A DNA stretch of 64,000 bases from Stegostoma tigrinum (Eukaryota), in assembly GCF_030684315.1 (NCBI RefSeq), contig NC_081361.1, positions 15,427,861-15,491,860 of the forward strand. Reading direction: 5' to 3'. Shown here piece by piece: positions 1 to 13,635 of the stretch; position 1 is the stretch's first letter; each line of letters starts with the position of its first letter. The notes beneath the pieces are model-generated. The model saw nothing but the letters and a program-made list of their open reading frames with translations. It was not told the DNA's origin and ran no database searches. The position numbers were made by a program, and so were the translations under genes.

Positions 1-74
1 CATTTCTTAGGGAACACAGCAAAAAATATTTGTGAAAACTGGGCCCAGCAGTGGCCCATGACCATGCCATCTTG

Positions 75-880
75 AAAAGGCTAGGAGGGTGGGCAAAGAG
101 ATGGCAGAAGGAATACAATGTGGGAAAGTATGAAGTTATGCACTTTGCTATGAAGAATAGAAGTGATAGACTATTTTCCACATGCAGAAAGGCTTCAGAA
201 ATGTGAAGCACAAAGGGACTTCGGAGTTTCAGTTCAGAATTCTCTTAAGGTTAACCTGCAGGTTCAGTTGGCAGTTAGGAAAGCAAATGCAATGTTAGCA
301 ATTATTTCAAGAGGTTTAGAATACAGAAGCAGAGATGTACTGCTGAGGCTGTATGAGGTTCTGGTCAGTCTGCTTTTGGAATGCTGTGAGCTGATTTTGG
401 GCTTGTATCTAAAGAAGGATGTCCTGGCATTGGAGGGGGTCCGGGGAGGTTTATGAGAATGATCCTGGTGATGAACGGCTTGTCATATGAGGCCCAGTTG
501 AGGACTGTGGGTATATACCCGATCGAGATTAGATTGATGAGGGTGAAACTAACAGAATGCTGGAGGCTGCATAGAGTGGACATGGAGAAGATGTTTCCAC
601 TAGTAGGAGAGACTAGGATCTGAGGGCACAGCCTCAGAATGGAAGGGATGACCCTTTAGGACAGAGATAAGGAGGGATTTCTTCCGCCAGTGGGTAGTTA
701 AATCTGTAGAACTCATTGGCACAGAAGGCTATGGAGGTCAAGTCATTGAGTGTGTTTAAGCTAAAGATAAGTAGGTTCTTGATTAGTAAGGGGGATCAAG
801 GGTGATGGGAAGAAGGCGTTGAGAAACAACAGCCTGATGGCCCAAATGGCCTTATCCTGCTCCTATGACTTATGGTCTAT
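75..880 (+). mobile_element. CR1-type LINE, 5'-truncated 3' fragment (RT C-terminus and 3' UTR), decayed
   Basis: Translates to RLGGWAKRWQKEYNVGKYEVMHF and QVQLAVRKANAMLAIISRGLEYRSRDVLLRLY, typical of the CR1 ORF2 C-terminus; ends in CCTGCTCCTATGACTTATGGTCT tail. Confidence 0.9.
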
Positions 881-1822
881 TTGGACATACTTTGTGTGGT
901 TAAAACTGAACTGAATTGTACAAGTTGCCAAGGTCATAAGTTCAATGAATACTAATTCAAAATGGTGGCATATCTAGGTCATAAAAATATGTACAAAGCT
1001 GCAGTGCCCAAATCTATGGCTTCCTTGAGTGGTGCATTTTTAAATAGGCAAGTTGGTGCATGGCGCCATGTCAATGTCTCTACACATTAGAATCTACCTG
1101 GCAACCTATCAGTATTTACCTCCCAGACATATTAATATTGCTTTTCCTTTACCTTGGTATTCTTTTGATTCGTTCAAATGAGAGCAAAGCAAAAAGCTTC
1201 GGAAAAAAATGTCTTTTTTTTCATAAGGTTCGGTGTCCCCAAAGGAACATGCTCATAATTCTTGCATTCTGGAAGTTGGAGTGGAAATTTTATTTTCCTC
1301 CCAGTTCTGCAGGTTGGGTAATTGAAGTCTCGTTGTGAGCAAGAGCTACCAGCTTGAAAGGCCTTGGGTACAGTGTACCAGCTACCAGTGTGGATTCACG
1401 GTTGAAGAGTTAATTAATGTGTTATTTCCACTTTTGCTGGATTATCATTGTCATCAGTCAGAAAGTGTAACACCATCCTGAGAGGGAAGGGGAATTTTTC
1501 TTTATGATCTTCATCTATTGATGTTCTTGGTGTCTTAAAAAAATCTTCACATCATGATGGCAAGCACGTTGTTGGATTTCTTGTGTTATCTCTTCCCATC
1601 GGACATCCCTTATTGCCCAGGTCTGGCATTGAGATTCAGCCTTGAATTGTTTGTTTGCTGCCTTCTTGACTTGCGACCTTGGGTTGCACTGCCAGGCAAT
1701 CATGGCTACTTGTTTTGTTGCTAGAGGTCATATATTTCAATATTGCTTTTGTTGAGTACTGATGCTCAAACAAAATGGTGTACATGTGTGCCTGTGTGAA
1801 GAATTCCAGATCCTTCATGGAC

Positions 1823-2120
1823 TTAGAATCATGAATCCCTGCAGATGGAGGTCATTCAGTCCATCGAGTCTGTACTGACCTCCGAAAAGCATCCCACTCA
1901 GACTCACCCTATCCTTATCACCAGGTTTTCCCATGGGTAACCCACCTAACCTGCACATCCCTGGACACTATGCGACAATGTAACATGGCCAATCCACCTC
2001 AGCTGCACGTGTGGGAAGAAACACACACAGACATGGGGAGAAAGTGCAAACTCCACAGAAACAGTCACCCAAGGCTGGAATCGAACCCAGGTCCCTGAAG
2101 CAGCAGTGCTAATTGCTGAG
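1823..2120 (-). mobile_element. HE1-like V-SINE (tRNA-derived)
   Basis: Minus-strand B-box GGTTCGATTCC, core GTGGAGTTTGCAC..TCTCCCCATGTCTG, GATTC-type tail; matches five other copies in the window. Confidence 0.8.
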
Positions 2121-2199
2121 TCTCTAGGCAACCCCCCCAAAGTTTTTTTTCCCCCAAGAACAAGGAATGATTGCACCACTTCAGAGTCCTCTTCTACTG

Positions 2200-2540
2200 T
2201 TGGCTCTTGCAACGTCTTGATGCTACATGATTGCTTGTCACTGGACAAACAAAATCGGTGATTTGTTCAGTGGACATTAGTCCTCCCCATGGATAGAGGT
2301 GCCCAAGGACACCTCTCTTCAACATTAGTTTCAAATGACCTGCATGCCCATTTTGTCTGAGTGCAGAATCTATGCTAGGGCACACTGGTTCACAGAATTG
2401 TCCTCACCACCAATCCAGCAAAGTCGTAGGACATGGCTGTGTACCACGGTAGATGCCTGCACATGCGCATAGATAGGAATCTCTGCGTACTGTTATTGTC
2501 CACACGATCCTCACGTCTTGGTGACACATTGAACACTATG
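2200..2540 (-). mobile_element. Possible very old RTE-type LINE C-terminal remnant
   Basis: A minus frame gives ..RLCWIG..*ILHSD, weakly resembling the RTE motif RLRWLGH..PKQILYGE; heavily decayed. Confidence 0.25.
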
Positions 2541-4133
2541 ACTGGGGCAAATTTGCCTCTCCTTTAACACAATGGTAGGAGATCTTTAGGAAGAGCACAA
2601 ACTAGAAACTTCCCTTAAACCCACACTTCTCCTTATGCTGCAATGAAATATGCGATATCAACCATCAGGCATCATCCTAATTTGGTCGACAAATATGTTA
2701 GAAAAAATGGACTTCAATCTCTGCATGAAGCACGGTCCCAAATGTGTGCAGGACTCTTTCATGCTCCTTGAAATTAAACACAGAGCTGGTGAAACAAAAC
2801 AATAAAATAAATCAGAAATGATTCAATCAATCTTACAGTATCTGTGAAGGTAAAACAGAGTTAGCATTTGAAATGACTGGGCTTGATGGGGGTGTGGTGA
2901 ATTATGGTAGAATACAATATTTGAACATAATTAATTGGGCTCAATGCCCGCCATTGAGCTCCATATTTATCTGCTTCCAGTGCTTTTTCACCATATCTAT
3001 ATAGAGCCTATTGATTACCTGGAAATGCAGGCCCATTGTTCTTCCTTGCTTTTTATCATGATCCACAGGAGGACAGCATAAGAAAACCTGGTTACTCACT
3101 GTCTCTCATATCTAGCCCTTCTTCTGACTTTCCCATGAATGTTTTGCAAAAGATCTCAGGTTGGTAAAGTTGTTGTCTTTAAGATGCCGCGTGCGTGTTG
3201 CCAGCCAGAAATAAATCAAAACATTCAGGCAACTAATCATACACCAAAAGCAATTGAAAAGAACAATGCAAAGGACTCCCACAATCCAAATTCATTTCGG
3301 GGATACATGCCAAATTTTAAATGGTGCTCACAATGTGTGATTTTGAGACTTTGCTGTTTGTTTAATCAAACAATATTGTACTTAGAGCCAGCTGCTTGTC
3401 AAAAGCATACAAATGTATAAGCAAAGCAAAGGTGCTATGTTGCCTGTAGGACATCTAACAAGCACAGTCATTCATGCAGTGTGTGCCCAGTGTTTGTTTA
3501 TGAGGGTGATCTAATTTAATTGCAACAATATCATCATTGTGAAGACATTCCATTCTTCCATTCTAACACCTGATAAATTAATAAGCATAAACAAGTCACA
3601 TCACAATTTTGGTCATATATTCAAAAAAAATTCAAATTTATGTTCGAGAATAGAATCTGTACAACTGAGGCTCTGAATGCAATAATGCAATACTGCTGTC
3701 TACTGCAGGAGTTCTATTTGGCAAAAGATAATGTTCTGCATTTGTTGCTTAAACTTTCATTGTCATTCCAATAGTTAGTAAAAAAGAAACTGAGAACTTT
3801 ATCCTTCCAAATGTAATGGCTGAAAATACATTGCACTGGCTTTCCAATTAATACAGTTCTAACAGCAGTCAGTCCAATGTTTGAGACAGAATGCCTGTGA
3901 ATCATACATATTTAAGACTTCGCACTTCGCTTTGATAATAGCTTTTGCTTTCTTATAGCTCTGCTTATATTGGTACTCTTCAAGATAATGTACTGCCAGT
4001 AGCAAAAGAGGGTCTGCTGTTTCTGAGGGACACCGATTACCCAACAATCTAACAAAACACGAGGGCTTTTTCAGCGGAATCTGCTGTCAGCTCTGCTTGA
4101 AAACAAAATGCTAAGCATAATGGTAGGGTCGCT

Positions 4134-4332
4134 TGTAGCGATTGTAATGTGGGCCTTATAGAATATGTGTTCATTGGGGCTGTTAATCTGGCCCAATCAG
4201 GGAGCCCTGATTGACAGATAAAAACAGGCGTGTTGGACATCCAGTTCACTCTGTGAACAGTGTCAAAGGCTTTCCATGTGCAATTAAAGGATGACTTGGT
4301 GACAGGATACTAGCCTCTGTGAAGTTATTTCA
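4134..4332 (+). mobile_element. Putative 5' LTR of a Gypsy element
   Basis: TG start and TTATTTCA end, CCAAT, GATAAAAA and AATTAAA signals, followed directly by a decayed PBS-like GTGG and a gag remnant. Confidence 0.6.
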
Positions 4333-4417
4333 GTGGGAATGAGAGCATAGCACAGAAGAAATAGAAGAAATTTGCCAGCAACAATCATCTTTGAATTGGG
4401 GTAAGCATTTCTGGTAT

Positions 4418-5030
4418 CATACAGTTACTTGAGAAGCTTGACTCATTCAATTCTGCTGTGGAAGACTGGGACTGATACATGGAAATAATACTTTTTCTCT
4501 CCAGGTAAGTGATATTGGGGCAGATGAAAAGCAGTGAGTAATTGTCCTAGCAGCTTGTCGATCTGCAGATTTTTCGGTTATTATGAGCCTGACATTTCCT
4601 GAGCCACCAGATACTGAAACCTTTCAAGAATTAAGTTAAGGAATATTATGAGACCAAGCCTCCTCCAATTTTGAGACATTGTCAGTTTTACTTGACAGTT
4701 TGAGAACCAGGGATTCCCTGTTGGGGTACTTGACTAGGTTAAGATGACTGGCAGAGACAAGTTACTTTGGTTTAACCCTTAATGAGATGCTGACAAATTG
4801 CACAGTATTTAGGAATAATGATGCAACCATGCAGGAGAACCTAGTAGCTGAAGCCCAACTGGACTTTAAACAGTCACTACAACTGGCTTTATCATTGGAA
4901 AATGCTGCAAGTGGAGCATATGAGTTACAGGGTGTTCTGATGGAAACAACACCCTCACCTGGCCGAATGAGCTTGGGGGTCACCACTTAAGTGAAGGCAA
5001 TTGCGTAGCCACACTCAGAACAATTCCAAA
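4418..5030 (+). pseudogene. Decayed Gypsy/Ty3 gag
   Basis: Broken frames give KLDSFNSAVEDW, IMSLTFPEPPDTETFQEL, FGLTLNEML and NDATMQENLVAEAQLDFKQSLQLALSLENA, resembling gag of vertebrate Gypsy elements; has stops and frameshifts, no pol. Confidence 0.75.
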
Positions 5031-5957
5031 AACAATTTGAGGGACTTGCCAATATATGTGGCTAAGTACACCTCAAACACATCCTAATGCCCGGAGAAAG
5101 GAGGCAGAAGTCCAGCTTCTAGCCTAATAGTGAATCTAGAGGACATGGCCTACCACTGGATTCTCATGGGCAATTAAGGATCCAGTGACTTTTTTTTACC
5201 CACAATTAAGTGCAAATAAATTCTCGTTACATATTGCTTTTCATAATTGACACGCATTGCTATTTCTAAAACATTTATATGTTACAAGCTTTGACACAAC
5301 CTTATGGTTGCCTTTTGACAAAAGGCATAGAAAGATAAGGAAATAGCACCTGACTGTTTATGTGATCCTCTCTGCCTGTTGCTTTCCAATCTCTTCTCCC
5401 ATATTATTCATTTTAAAAAAATAGAGACCAGGTCTATTATCTGGATATTCTCCAAATCTCAATGTTTTCATGTCTCTACAATTTCTGAACTGTATCCCAG
5501 AGGAATATTGCTCTCTATTCAGATGTGAGCTCAGTGAGTTTAATGTCAGTGATGAGTATCAGTGTATCTTACCTATGGACTTGAAAGATGATTCCTTGTG
5601 CTTGAATATTTCGGATTGGAGGTTCTTGCAGCATTTTTGCTGTGTACATGGTGAGCGCCAGCAGGTAAATACGGTGCATTGGAGTCATTTGCTTGAATGT
5701 GTTCTTAAGTAGTCAATTAGTTATTTTACTGCAAATGCACAAATTAAACAAACCTTCCCAAAGGTAACACATTTTTTTCAGCTTGGAGCTAGAGTCAAAG
5801 TTTAAAGAAAGGAATATAGTTTAAACAATCCAATTTGTAGAAGTAAATATTTCTTTGACTCTTGATGGGCATTTTAGGCAGTTAATATGTGCATTTTGAT
5901 ATTAAGGCCTGGATAACCCATCATTTCCTAAGCTTAGTATCAGAAACAAATGCATGA

Positions 5958-6340
5958 TCCAAGATGATGGCAGGGTAAGGTTCCTAAGGTGGAGCTCATC
6001 TGCCTTATCCATTTTGTTTCTTCTATTATTTCCTTTTTATTATGCTTTTTCTTTCTTCTTTCTTTGCATTCTTACTACTTACCTCCAAGCCTCAGATGGA
6101 CTCAATGGACACCCAAGCCTCAAGGTGAAGCCCAGTGTGGAGTCCCTGCTTTAAACTCTAGGATTGTAATGCTGAACTTTTGACTTTATTCCTTCCCTTT
6201 TCTCATTTATACTTAAGATTTTGTACCAAGAGCTCCTTGTTCCTTAAATGGTGCTGGAAATTTTTTTGTACACTTTTCACGGTACTCATGTATCCCTGCA
6301 CTTGAGTACATGTGGCAACAAACCAAATTCTAATTCCTAA
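5958..6340 (+). mobile_element. Unclassified short non-autonomous retroelement
   Basis: Starts CCAAGATGATGGC and ends GTACATGTGGCAACAAACCAAATTCTAATTC, similar to the Rex1-type tail; resembles the reverse complement of 61310-61760. Confidence 0.35.
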
Positions 6341-8028
6341 ATCCAAGGGCATTTCCTTCTTTTCTCATCCACAACCACAAGACTGCATGTCTAGCTCCAA
6401 GAAAATATTTTGACCCGTACCCAATGACTACCTCCTTTTCCACGTCTTTCTTTCAACCAAGACCATTTGTTTACAACTCTTCTACATTTCGGTTCTGATT
6501 TATTGCCCACTGTTGCCAAAACTGAAAAAAAGTAATATTATCATTTCAAGACTTGATGGATAAAATACTTCCCAGTATTCCAAGATGATATAAACTACGG
6601 AGTATTCACTTCAATTTCTGTTGACTGATTTAACAGCTGGGACTTTTGCCAACCAAATGGTTTTAACAAAGGTTATTGACTTAAAATGGCTGCAGCCATC
6701 AGCTGACCCATCCAAGCTGCCCACATTTAATTAAGCCAATGAGAACGCAGCCTGAGCTGAAATTAACCACTTATGCAAAGCCAATGAGAGCAGTCAGTCA
6801 TTTCCTGGGATGTGTTTAAAAACCTTTAATCTCTGAATCGTTTGATACCTTGCTGAGAATCTTGACATGTTCGGGTTGAAATCGTTGCCTATAATTATGA
6901 AATCTGAACACAATTAAGTCAGTAGATAGAATGTAGAAATAAGCTATAATTACAGAAGTTGTCTCTGTGGAAAAGCAGAGATTTCTTTTTGATTGCAGGG
7001 CTGAAAAGGATGGGGAAGACTTTTTTTCTCTGCCTCTCAAGGAAAAAAAAATCTCAGTGACAACACTGACTAGAAAGAAACATCAAGAATGACAGTATTT
7101 GCTGCATAACTTAACCCACCACGTTTTCAGGTGAAACATTTGGACACTAAAATTACTCTAAACTGCATACTGTTTTATTACAACTCTGATGGGAAGAGTG
7201 CACTGAAAATCAAATGTCACGTCTTCACTAGTCAGATCAGAAGTGTAAATATCACATTTTCTCACTCAAATGGTCATTTCTTTTCTCCTTTACTTCTGTT
7301 AAGTAGAACAAAAAAGATGTAATTGTGTTCAATCAACTCCCAAATAATATGTTTATAACAGGAAGAAAAAACATTCTTCAAACAGATGGCAACTACTTAT
7401 TAACTCAGATTTTATACAAATTAAACAAAACCTTCTCCTTCTTTGCAATCACACACATTTTTTAATAAATAGACAAGAAAAAGACATGCATGAATCTACG
7501 TAGCTATCATGGCAGAAAAAGAAACGCACAATGTAAATTAGAAAAAGAACACAGCACTCTTGCAGATCAAGCATGAATTCAGATGACTAAAGTGATTGAC
7601 TTGTCACAGTTCCTTTGATTTCCTGATGTGGAGATCTAATTGCTGACAGTCGCACACTAATGGCAATTCTATAGAAGAGATTTTACATTCAGCCGAGCCA
7701 CTGATTGGCACACTGATGTATGAAACTTTGTGATTTTTTTTCAAATTACTGCATTGAGAGGTATAAAGTGTGCTGCTTTCCCTAAAATGTCTTGACTCCT
7801 ACTGACAGAGAGAAAGGCAGAAACAAAGAGAGAGAGAGAGACAAGACTGTCCTTGCAAATGTCTGCAGCAACTGCAAACCCTACTCCTCGCTTCTTGGCA
7901 TGTGCCTGCCTGAAAAAATACACTCAGACCTCATTCCAGAAGCTGTTGCTAGGCGATGGCGCCATAGACCCATTAAGGATTTTCACAATTGTTTGTTCAA
8001 CATCTGAAGCAATACAACGCTAACCCAT

Positions 8029-8145
8029 TCAGAGATAGTAAGAACTGCCAATGCTGGAGCCAGAGATAACAGTGTGGAGCTGGAGGAACACAGCAGGTCA
8101 GGCAGTGTCAGAGGAGCAGGAAAGCTGCCATTTTGGGTCGAGATG
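8029..8145 (-). mobile_element. Miniature PLE terminal fragment (family A-related), single arm
   Basis: CAGAGATAGTAAGAACTGCCAATGCTGGAG..GAACACAGCAGG matches the end of the 19558 element; the hammerhead core is truncated. Confidence 0.75.
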
Positions 8146-11100
8146 AAGGATCCGCACTGTTATCTCAGCTCTAGCCCATTCTTGTTTATAAAATTATTGG
8201 TGGACACTGCATTCAAAAATCACTGTTTTGTGAATAACAAACAGACCATAATCCCTGTTAACCTTTGACATTCAGTTCCGAGAAATCACATGATAAATCC
8301 ATTGAGACCTGTAATGTCCAAACATGCCTATTTTCCAATTCTCTTAATCAATCATTATATGCATTCTCAACACTTTTATCTTCCTTTTGCACTGCACACT
8401 CCCCCTTTTAAAATTGTATGTCTGTATTATTGCCCAAAGGTTATTTTTATTCAGTTTCTTAATGCTTGCTTTTTATTCATGTAAGAAAATCTTATGATGT
8501 ATCCTTACAGCTGCATTAAAAAAAACAGAATTTTAAGCAGAGGAAGGAATTTCTACATGTTAGAAAGGCCAATGAGCAAGGGTGAAAAGAGAAGAGTTAA
8601 TTCACCACCTTTTCCCTAATCTTATTGGTCCCATTTCTTCCATTGATAACATCTTGCGTGGAATTTCCCAACCCAATATGTGGCACAAAGAGGAATTGAT
8701 TGGTCAAATTGGCCCAAGGGAGACACTTCCACCTGTCTCTCTCCCTTTCCAGTGATGTGCCAAGTGGGAAGATTCTATGGTGGCTTTTGTGACACAGCTC
8801 ACTTACATTAAGCTGGCAACTTTCCCATGCAGTCAGTGGGTGGGAAAGGAGAGAAGGGTAAGGGGTGAGAGTAGGGAGAGTTACGGTACTGAAATACTAG
8901 CTATGAAGGCCTGCAGTTGAGTTTTTAAGTGCGTTGTCATGGCTTAACTAGGAGCAGTAAACAGTTAATCATTCCACACTGTCCAACAAATCATTACAAA
9001 AATGTGTGTCGACCAATTTGATAACTGAGATGATCAATTTGCCTGATTGACTGACCGCTATTCAGGACAAAAACAATTCACATTATTTTTATTAGAGTCT
9101 TTCAGAGGGTTCCAGGAAAAGAGAAACTGCCAGGTATAATCTTCAACTTCCCAGACAATTCCTTCAGAATCTGCTGCAATGGGGATTTTACAGGAGCCTG
9201 ATAAGGAACAGTTATCTGCAACAGTATGGCCAGCAGAAACTAACAATATTATTGAGATAAAATGGAATGGTGAGTTTGAGTCCTTCTCTATGTTTTTCCC
9301 TTTTTTGCATAGGGCAAAATGGATCATGAGTTTTTGTTTCCTCTCCCTTCTTTAACAAACATTTGATTTTTTGTGTTAAAATTATACTGGCAGCCTCCTA
9401 TGAATGTGTTTAATAACTGACTTTCATTGTTTAAAAAACAGCTGGATCTAACAAGGTTTAATTTTGGTGTCTTTGTTGTTCAGTTCTAATGTCAGCCAAG
9501 ATTGTAACAAAAATCAGAAACAAGTCTTTACCATTGCCTTACGTTGCAAAGGATCTGAAAAAGTACCCCTTCCTAGATTAATTTCCCATTGGAATCTTTC
9601 TCTTGGTGGTGTCAGAAAATAAAAAAAAATGCCACAGATATTTTGAGGATATACTTGCCATCCTATTCGAAGCTTGTCCATATATAAAATTCAAAACATC
9701 GGGAATATCTTCAGACACTAACATTCTCTCGAGCATCAGCAAATTCTGCCTACAGGCATTTAACACTTGTTCATGTCACTTGGCTGTAAGCATTAATTAA
9801 CAGAATCAGCTACTTCCACAACAAAGCCAGCAGCTTTCCAAATATCAGAGTGACCCAAATGATTTGTCCATGGTCTATTAGTACACAAAATCCACTGGGT
9901 AGCATCTCATTGGTTTGTCTCCAGGAATGAATATAAGGCTGAAGCAAAATCACGTTTGTAAGTTGGGTTAGTTCCCAACTGAAACTGTTTTAGAACCATA
10001 AATAGCAGAAAGCAAGTAGGGAGGAAGAATGCATGATGGGTAACATAATTATCATTTTTGTGGAATTTACACAATACATGACAAAGGAAGATGGCCAACA
10101 CCAAACATCAGCACAAAAGACAATGCTGATACCCTAGTGAGGGAATGTTGATCTCTTTTTTGGGTGTCACATTAAACTGGGACCTCATCTGCAATGCCAA
10201 GTGAATCCTGCAGAGATATGGATTAAAACGTGCGTTTATGAGACTATGAAATAATGGTACTGTTAGCATGGTATCAGACAGAAGGACAATCAAATAAATG
10301 GAGTAGGCATGATGTTTACCACGACACCTTTGTTGTAAAGGAAGAGTTTATAGAAAATCTTACCGCAAACTATGTCCAAGCCATTCGTGTAGGAAGAGAA
10401 ATCTCATTCAGCTGTGAAACACATTAAGCATGAGGAAAATGATCTCAGAACCCGGCAGCAGGTTAGACCAGCTGATGCAGAAAGAATTGAAGCTCAACAG
10501 GTAAAGAAAAATAACTCAGAACATTGATTGAGGAAGTGAATGTTCAACTTTCCAAAGAAGATGGAAAAACAAAACAAGCACAATGAGAGGCAGTGCTATT
10601 TTCTACGCTGACTCAATAACCACTTCTGCTTCCCCAGTCATTTAGAAACTTTGATGGTCCACAGCAAGGGAATTGGCCAGAGCCTCTGGAATCATCATTT
10701 CAAAAGGTACTGAACAGACAAGACAAAACTGTTCTATACTTGCCCACATGCTATTGGGATTTTAGCAGATAATGCCCTGGCAAGACTAGGAGTTGAGCAC
10801 AGCATCCTACAATGAGGTTCCGGGTTGGCGTCCTACGTATTTCAATCCAAAAATTATATCTGAACTGTAAGTATTCACCAACATGCTCTTACGTAGAATT
10901 AAACTTTCTTGGATAAAGGGGAAGTGTTGAAAAGAATACAGCACTTACAATCACCTACTGTCTCCTTGTGACATTACTGGCTCAGCAGTGGAAAGCCATT
11001 GCCAGAACAGGCACTCCTCTCTGCAGCCACTCAGTCATTGATGTAGTGATATTCCACGGCCCTTCTTTTCAGAGGTCTTCATGTGGTACTGTACAGAGAA

Positions 11101-11389
11101 TAACATTAAACCATCATTTGAGAGTGATGGCATGGCTCACATTAATGAGGACCTGCTCTGATTCTTATGTTCTCCACCCAGATTCACAGCAAATGATGGA
11201 ATCAGCCACAGCTGGGTTAGCCTCTCTGTTGCTGTAAAGCAACCAAGGACAGAGAAACAGAGGGGAACGAAATGTATCAGCGAGCCCAAGACAGCAGTAA
11301 TCTCCAGATGTTAAACAGCCTGTACATGAAGAGGCTGCAGTTGCTCAAGGTGTACAAGAGGTATAGGAAACAAAGTCTTTCATCCTTAA

Positions 11390-11985
11390 TGCCAGTTCCT
11401 TCAGATGACTGAGATGCATTGTTGGGGTAGACTGAGAATTCCCCAGGACATGGTCACAGAACTATGCCAATGGCTGGACTGGGATCTTTGAGGCATAGGG
11501 ACAGGTGACTATCTTATCCCAGGGACGCCAATGCGATAGTGCCTGAGCTATTGAGGATTTGTGTGGAATCTATCCATTCTTGATCCACAGTCTGTTTCTG
11601 ATTGCAATTTGTGCCAGACCACATCGCTTCACCTGTCTTCCTTTGCTGAGTCAGTGCTGTAGCCCTGAGCTGTAGACTTTGTCAACAGAGCTAACTTTCC
11701 CCAGGTGCAGAGCACAATACATTGTATTCACATTGCCTTGTTAGCCCCATGTCATAACACAGGCTGACTGTATCACTGGAAAAGACTTCCATTCCATCAA
11801 TGTATAACTCTCTGTGATCATCAGTACAACATTGTAGGAGTCTATGCCAGGTACCCTGAAAGCTGCCATGATTCCTATAACCTTGAACTGTATTTTCCTG
11901 GTTTGGTTCAAGAGCCTGATGCCTTACTGAGGGAATGTTTACTAAGGGGCAAAGGCTATCCTTTGCAGCCATAGCTGATGATTAG
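11390..11985 (+). pseudogene. Decayed PIF/Harbinger DDE transposase (HARBI1-like)
   Basis: Motifs in the expected order: FPQVQSTIHCIHIA, DFHSINV*L, CDHQYNIVGVYARYPESCHDSY, LLRGKGYPLQP*LM (consensus FPxVxGAIDCTH, GFHSINVQ, ARYPGSxHDS, LLGDxGYPLxPWLM). Confidence 0.8.
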
Positions 11986-12910
11986 ACAATTGAAGCTCTC
12001 CAAAAACTGACACTTGGGTGATTTTAGCTAAGGTTCAGCCCTATATGTTTACATCTATAATCTTGTGTCTATAAATAGTTTGTATCATCGATAAACTTCA
12101 AGACTTGTAGAATCATATGACCGAAGGTGCTCTTCAGCCCATTGAACCTGTACCACAAAAAAAATACCATCCCACTTTCCCAGAGTGCGCTCATAGCCTT
12201 GAAAGTTATAACATTTGCTCATGCAAGTTACATGGACTAACATATAAAAAAGGCACAAAGTATATTAGGTTCAAGCACAGAAGGCAGGAGCACAAGCCAG
12301 ACCAATGATTAATTAGCAGAAGGTTTATACTGATTAGTAAATCATTTACTTTAACCAAGGCTTAAAACAATTTTGTTTTTGATAGCATACTGTTAGGATG
12401 ATAGCATACTGTTGGGATGCTCAACAAGCTATCATCGGATGCTTTGTTCACAAATTGAAGATTTTGTATGATGGACTCATGAACCAGGCAGAGCAGTAGA
12501 AGCAGAATTGAGGTGCACTCTGGGGAGACTGCAAGGCTCCAGATCTATGATGTAGGCTGAGAGGTCGAGAACCACAGAGAAAAGTCCACTAAAATCACAG
12601 AAAGAGAAGGAAGCACCATTTCAGCCATTTTGAAATGCTCCCTTTGTGGCCAAAGATATTCATTAGAGAAAAAATACCCAACACTGGGACTCAAATGGTT
12701 TCTCTGTGGCAAGACAGGTAACTTTTTAGATCCCAACATCCATTGAAAGGAGGAGGCTGGAGCAATTTTACAACAGTTACAGAATACAGGAAATTGAAAA
12801 TGAAGAAACTGAAGCTGAAGTTTTCCAAGGCAATATAAAAAGACCCTGATAAGGGTGTCTGTTTGATAAGACTGGAAGTCAAACAATTTTGGACAGAAGG
12901 GCTGGAGTCA

Positions 12911-13008
12911 AAGATAACAAAGTGTGGAGCTGGATGAACACAGCAGGCCAAGCAGCATCTTAGGAGCACAAAAGCTGACGTTTCGGGCCTAGAGCCTTCA
13001 TCAGTAAA
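12911..13008 (-). mobile_element. Miniature PLE insertion (family A), single arm, 14-bp TSD
   Basis: TSD AAGGGCTGGAGTCA at 12897-12910 and 13009-13022; body nearly identical to 19593-19686. Confidence 0.9.
12977..13004 (-). ncRNA. Minimal hammerhead ribozyme motif
   Basis: Minus strand CTGATGA-A-GGCTCTAGGCCC-GAAA-CG-TC; core intact, stem II has one mismatch relative to other copies. Confidence 0.55.
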
Positions 13009-13183
13009 AAGGGCTGGAGTCACTGTCTTAGCAGATGACTTGGAAGGGCTTAAAGAATTTGAAAATCAGCAGTTTAAATTAAAACTACAAGGACCAGGAG
13101 GGAAAGTCCTTGAAGTGAATGACTCGAATACTACAATACTTAAAAATTCAAACAAAGAAATCAATGAAGCTCTTGTAGACTCT

Positions 13184-13635
13184 TAGAATACGTTACAGAG
13201 GTATTCTTCAGCCCATTGAGTCTGAGCCACCAAAAATATACTATTACCTACATGAGTCTCCTTTCCCACAGTGCTTTCCTTGCCTTGAAAGTTATGACAT
13301 TTGAAGTGCTCATGCAAGTATTTCTTACAAGGATATGAGATATCCCACCTTAACTACCCTCCCTGGCAGTACGTTCCAGAACAACACCATCTGCTGGGTG
13401 AAAATGTTTTTCCTCAAATCCTGCTTAAACCTCCTGCCTTTCACTTCAAAAGTATCTTTGACTTCTTGTTTTGACTCTTCGACTAAGAGGAGCAGAAACT
13501 TTCTGTCCGCTCGATCTTGCAGGCCTCTATAAGGCTCCCCCTTCGACCTCTCTGCTCTAAAGTAACCATTCCTGAATTTATCTGGCCTCTTTTCACAGCT
13601 AAAAATGCCCCACCCTAAGGCAACAACCCACCTGG
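13184..13635 (-). mobile_element. CR1 LINE 3' fragment
   Basis: ORF text EVKGRRFKQDLRKNIFTQQMVLFWNVLPGRVV is the CR1 ORF2 end motif. Confidence 0.85.

Noticed and set aside
10393-10500. Possible 108-nt plus-strand exon (EEKSHSAVKHIKHEENDLRTRQQ..)
   Set aside because: Weak polypyrimidine tract, no recognisable protein, and phase does not match the 9179-9269 candidate.
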